A stretch of 24,929 nt of DNA from a virus. Its lineage: Duplodnaviria; Caudoviricetes. The notes beneath the pieces were generated by a model that saw nothing but the letters and a program-made list of their open reading frames with translations, ran no database searches and was not told where the DNA came from. The stretch is from positions 1 through 24,929 of IMG/VR virus record IMGVR_UViG_3300044472_000025; one strand, written 5' to 3'. The translations under genes and the position numbers were made by a program. This document shows positions 24,330 to 24,929 of the stretch, one piece after another (the first letter of the stretch is position 1; the number at the start of each line of letters is the position of its first letter).

Positions 24330-24456
24330 GCTGCACCTGTACACCTAAAAAACAGGCTTTTTCCGGTTAGCGCGCCTATAGGAGAAAATCAGTCGGACCC
24401 TGTTTTTACGTATGACCAACCGGAAAACGGCGTTTTTTGAGGTGCAGAGGTGCAGC
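24330..24456. other. Putative replication origin: imperfect 39-bp inverted repeat with TGCACCT iterons and A/T tracts
   Basis: Left arm GCTGCACCTGTACACCTAAAAAACAGGCTTTTTCCGGTT vs reverse complement of right arm GCTGCACCTCTGCACCTCAAAAAACGCCGTTTTCCGGTT; directly after the helicase gene. Confidence 0.65.
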
Positions 24457-24519
24457 GTAATTAAGTTACGTGATTTGGCGCTGTCGCAGCTACGGAACCG
24501 GTGGGGGTTCGAGCCCCCG

Positions 24520-24759
24520 TCAACGCAGGATCGCAGCAGCCATGATGCCCAGCAACACCACGGCGAGGGTTGCGACCCAGCGGTCCACACGCATGCGGGC
24601 GGGCTTGTGGACTTCAATGCTCGAGGCGTAGTCGGTGTGACGCCTGAAAGCCTGCGTGTGGGAGCGCGGGAAGCGGTAGGTAAGGGGTAGGGAGGCGATC
24701 CAGTCGGTTTCGCCTTGACGGGCCTTAGAGGCGCCTTCCTGGGGGTGGCCTGCGGTCAT
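24520..24759 (-). CDS. Small phage protein with C-terminal TM helix
   Basis: RFPRSHTQAF...IE motif; WVATLAVVLLGIMAAAIL; ATGA coupling. Confidence 0.65.
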   Translation of the reverse strand: MTAGHPQEGASKARQGETDWIASLPLTYRFPRSHTQAFRRHTDYASSIEVHKPARMRVDRWVATLAVVLLGIMAAAILR

Positions 24760-24929
24760 GGGTTGCCCTTCACAAGCGTACGGATGTCGGTTCCCGCCTT
24801 GCGGTCTTCGGCTGTCAGTTCGCAGCTGTCAATGTCGCCCGTGAGGCCGGACACGTCGCCCGTGCGGCCGGACACGTCGCCCGTGAGGCCGAACACGCGG
24901 CCCCAGAGGCCGGACACGTCGCCCGTGAG
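24756..24929 (-). CDS. C-terminus of a heptapeptide-repeat (LTGDVSG)n protein; truncated by the window and not in ORF track
   Basis: Manual translation LTGDVSG LWGRVFG LTGDVSG RTGDVSG LTGDIDSCELTAEDRKAGTDIRTLVKGNP; 21-bp tandem repeats. Confidence 0.75.
   Translation of the reverse strand, partial: LTGDVSGLWGRVFGLTGDVSGRTGDVSGLTGDIDSCELTAEDRKAGTDIRTLVKGNP

Noticed and set aside
24503-24518. GGGGGTTCGAGCCCCC as a tRNA T-arm or terminator
   Set aside because: No D arm, acceptor stem or U-tract around it
24825-24929. CRISPR array or DGR variable region
   Set aside because: Repeats are contiguous 21-mers without spacers and encode a peptide repeat; the differences are not confined to adenines; no cas or reverse transcriptase gene is present

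Overview
This window is about 25 kb of a GC-rich tailed dsDNA phage or prophage of the APSE/BPP-1-like type (DUF2800, DUF2815, PolA, VRR-NUC, SNF2 module). The host is probably a betaproteobacterium (inference). From left to right on the + strand: the end of a large virion/polyvalent protein with a HExxH motif, then a lysis cassette (1-2305). A long leftward operon (17800 down to 2307) carries the replication genes, a Gp49/Acb4-like protein, two secreted proteins and an HNH nuclease. It continues into a compact, translationally coupled block of five glycosyltransferase-like and three SAM-methyltransferase genes (2682-8197) and ends with two tiny Lys-rich genes the ORF track missed. A symmetric bidirectional promoter (~17970-18005) precedes a rightward operon with a Cro-like HTH, a C5 DNA methyltransferase whose motif IX lies in an overlapping frame, a Dam-like N6-MTase and a split primase/D5 helicase, followed by an ori-like inverted repeat. 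The most striking items are the glycan-building cluster, a non-canonical 90-nt tRNA-like RNA whose CCA end lies 2 nt before the SD-less DNA polymerase ATG, the two-frame C5-MTase, and a membrane-protein gene nested in the primase. All family calls come from motif recognition by eye; no searches were run.
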